A DNA stretch of 64,000 bases, taken from NCBI RefSeq assembly GCF_964194155.1, contig NC_135893.1:89218001-89282000 (forward strand), in the 5' to 3' direction. The notes below the pieces were generated by a model, which searched no databases, was not told where the DNA came from, and saw only the letters and a list, made by a program, of their open reading frames with translations. The DNA comes from Cetorhinus maximus (Eukaryota). Shown here piece by piece: positions 62,382-64,000 of the stretch. A program made the position numbers and the translations under genes. Each line of letters starts with the position of its first letter. The first letter of the stretch is position 1.

Positions 62382-63395
62382 GGACCAGATTTTCGTCATG
62401 ATGGACAGCCTCTCCGTTCTGGCAAAAAATAGCGTTAAGCCCAGAAATCTAAGTCCCGACCCCGAACACAGCACTTCATATTTTTGTGATGGTGTGACTA
62501 GAGTCGGGCTGGGTTTAACGTATGCACAGTTTATGGGAGAAGTTGGGGATATGAATCGCTTGCTGCCTCTGCTGAAGTGGGATTTTGGTCGGCCAGGCGT
62601 ATGAAACCGAGTTTGTAGATTAGCCCAGGTAAGAGCTGGTCTGAACTTGGTGGATTTGTTTGGATAGCCAGGGTATCCCTTTGGGGAGGTAAGGTACCAC
62701 TTTGGATAGGGTCCTGGGAGACCTTTTGGAATGGTAAGGCACCCTTTGGGATAATTAAGGCACCCTTTGGGATTGCTAAAGGTAAACACGATTGTGTATA
62801 AAAAGTACGTAAACTCATTGGAACTGTCAAAGCTGTCAAAGAACTGTCAAAGCTGTTAAAGAACTGTTAAGCTGTCAAAAAACTGTCAAAGGACACTAGA
62901 TGAGTTGGCATGAGGAGGATAAGAGCAAAGGGTGATGGTGTGGGCATGCGTTCGCATGAGTTGGCACTAAATTGGCATAGGATCTATCAAGGGCCATGGG
63001 GATGTGGTGGGCATAGAAGGTACGAGGGCTCATGGTGGATGGTTAGAGAGGGGCCACAGGGGTGGGTGAGGGGCATGAGATGGCATAGGTTGTCATGGAT
63101 GGGGCATGGGGAGTGTGTGGGTGGGTGAGGGCCGGCGGGCTGTGTTTTGATTCAATCTTTTCAAAATATTAATTCAACAAAGTGCTGGAGCACGGAGGCA
63201 GGCCTTCCACCCAACCCACCTCCGCAGCCAGCGGCCCCCACACTCGTTCCAGGAGGTGGCGGGCCCAACTTCTAATCCAGCACCCCCCTCCGGAATGAAA
63301 ATTTGAACTGCAGGCGGACATATTTAAAGGTTGGGTTCACAGTGCCGAGAATTGTCCCGTCTCCGCACACCCGAGCCAGAGTGAAAATCTGGGCC
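62382..63395. mobile_element. PIF/Harbinger-like non-autonomous element (~1 kb)
   Basis: TIRs GGACCAGATTTT / AAAATCTGGGCC; canonical TSD TAA; internal short repeats (ctgtcaaa; ggcaccctttggga). Confidence 0.8.
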
Positions 63396-64000
63396 TAAAT
63401 ATTAAAACCAGAATATTATTTGTCAATGTAGCCAGAATAGTAGGAACGTAGTTTGCAAATTTAAATTAGCGGAATGGATTTTAAGAAGTTCCTCCATACA
63501 AGAAATGATAAACATTCCCAATAAGCTGCTGAATAGTGCATTGAGTGCATTAGGGAAGGCTGTATCGTATCATGGAAGAGTTGAGATACTTGACAAATTA
63601 ACTTTGACAACTTGATAACCCTAATAACATAGTAAGACATCCCAAGGTGCTTCACAGGAACATAATTTGACACTGAATCACATAAGGAGATATGAGGACA
63701 GGTGACCAAAAGCTTAGTCAAGAGGTAGATTTTAAGGAGCACTTTAAAAGTGTAGAAAGGGGCAAAGGGATGGTTAGGGAATGAATGCCAGATCATAGGA
63801 CCTAAGCAGCTGAAGGCACATACCCAATAATGGAGTAATGGAAACTAGTGACATGCAAAAGAATAGAATTGGAGGAGTGCAGATGTGTCGGAGGCATGTA
63901 GGACTAGAGGAGATCATCACAAGTGCATTCAACATCTAAATGCTGAGTATTTGTCTCCTGAAAGTGAGGCACCAGAAAGCTGATAACTACCCTCGAGACA

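Overview
Eukaryotic, repeat-rich vertebrate genomic DNA, not prokaryotic. The repeat repertoire (CR1 and L2-type LINEs, Deu-domain SINEs, Penelope-like pseudo-LTRs, Harbinger-like MITEs) suggests a cartilaginous fish (shark); this is an inference. The whole window lies inside one minus-strand gene, polycystin-1 (PKD1). I traced 24 coding exons by hand, equivalent to human exons 17-40. They total 4367 nt (~1455 codons) and splice into one continuous frame covering the C-terminal REJ module, GAIN/GPS (HL|T), TM1, PLAT, TM2-TM6 and the start of the TOP domain. Exons 1-16 and 41-46 appear to lie outside the window. Human exon numbering, sizes and sequences are recalled from memory, not aligned. 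Introns are packed with transposon relics, including two solo LTRs and a four-level nested insertion. I found no convincing new multi-gene system. The best second-look items are: a CpG-rich, possibly bidirectional promoter with a candidate spliced antisense transcript in intron 25; a GC-AG intron; hammerhead-ribozyme-like cores in Penelope-like repeats; a 24-bp minisatellite born from a SINE; a PKD2-like Cys pair in the TOP domain; and a DSGxxS degron motif in a cytoplasmic loop.
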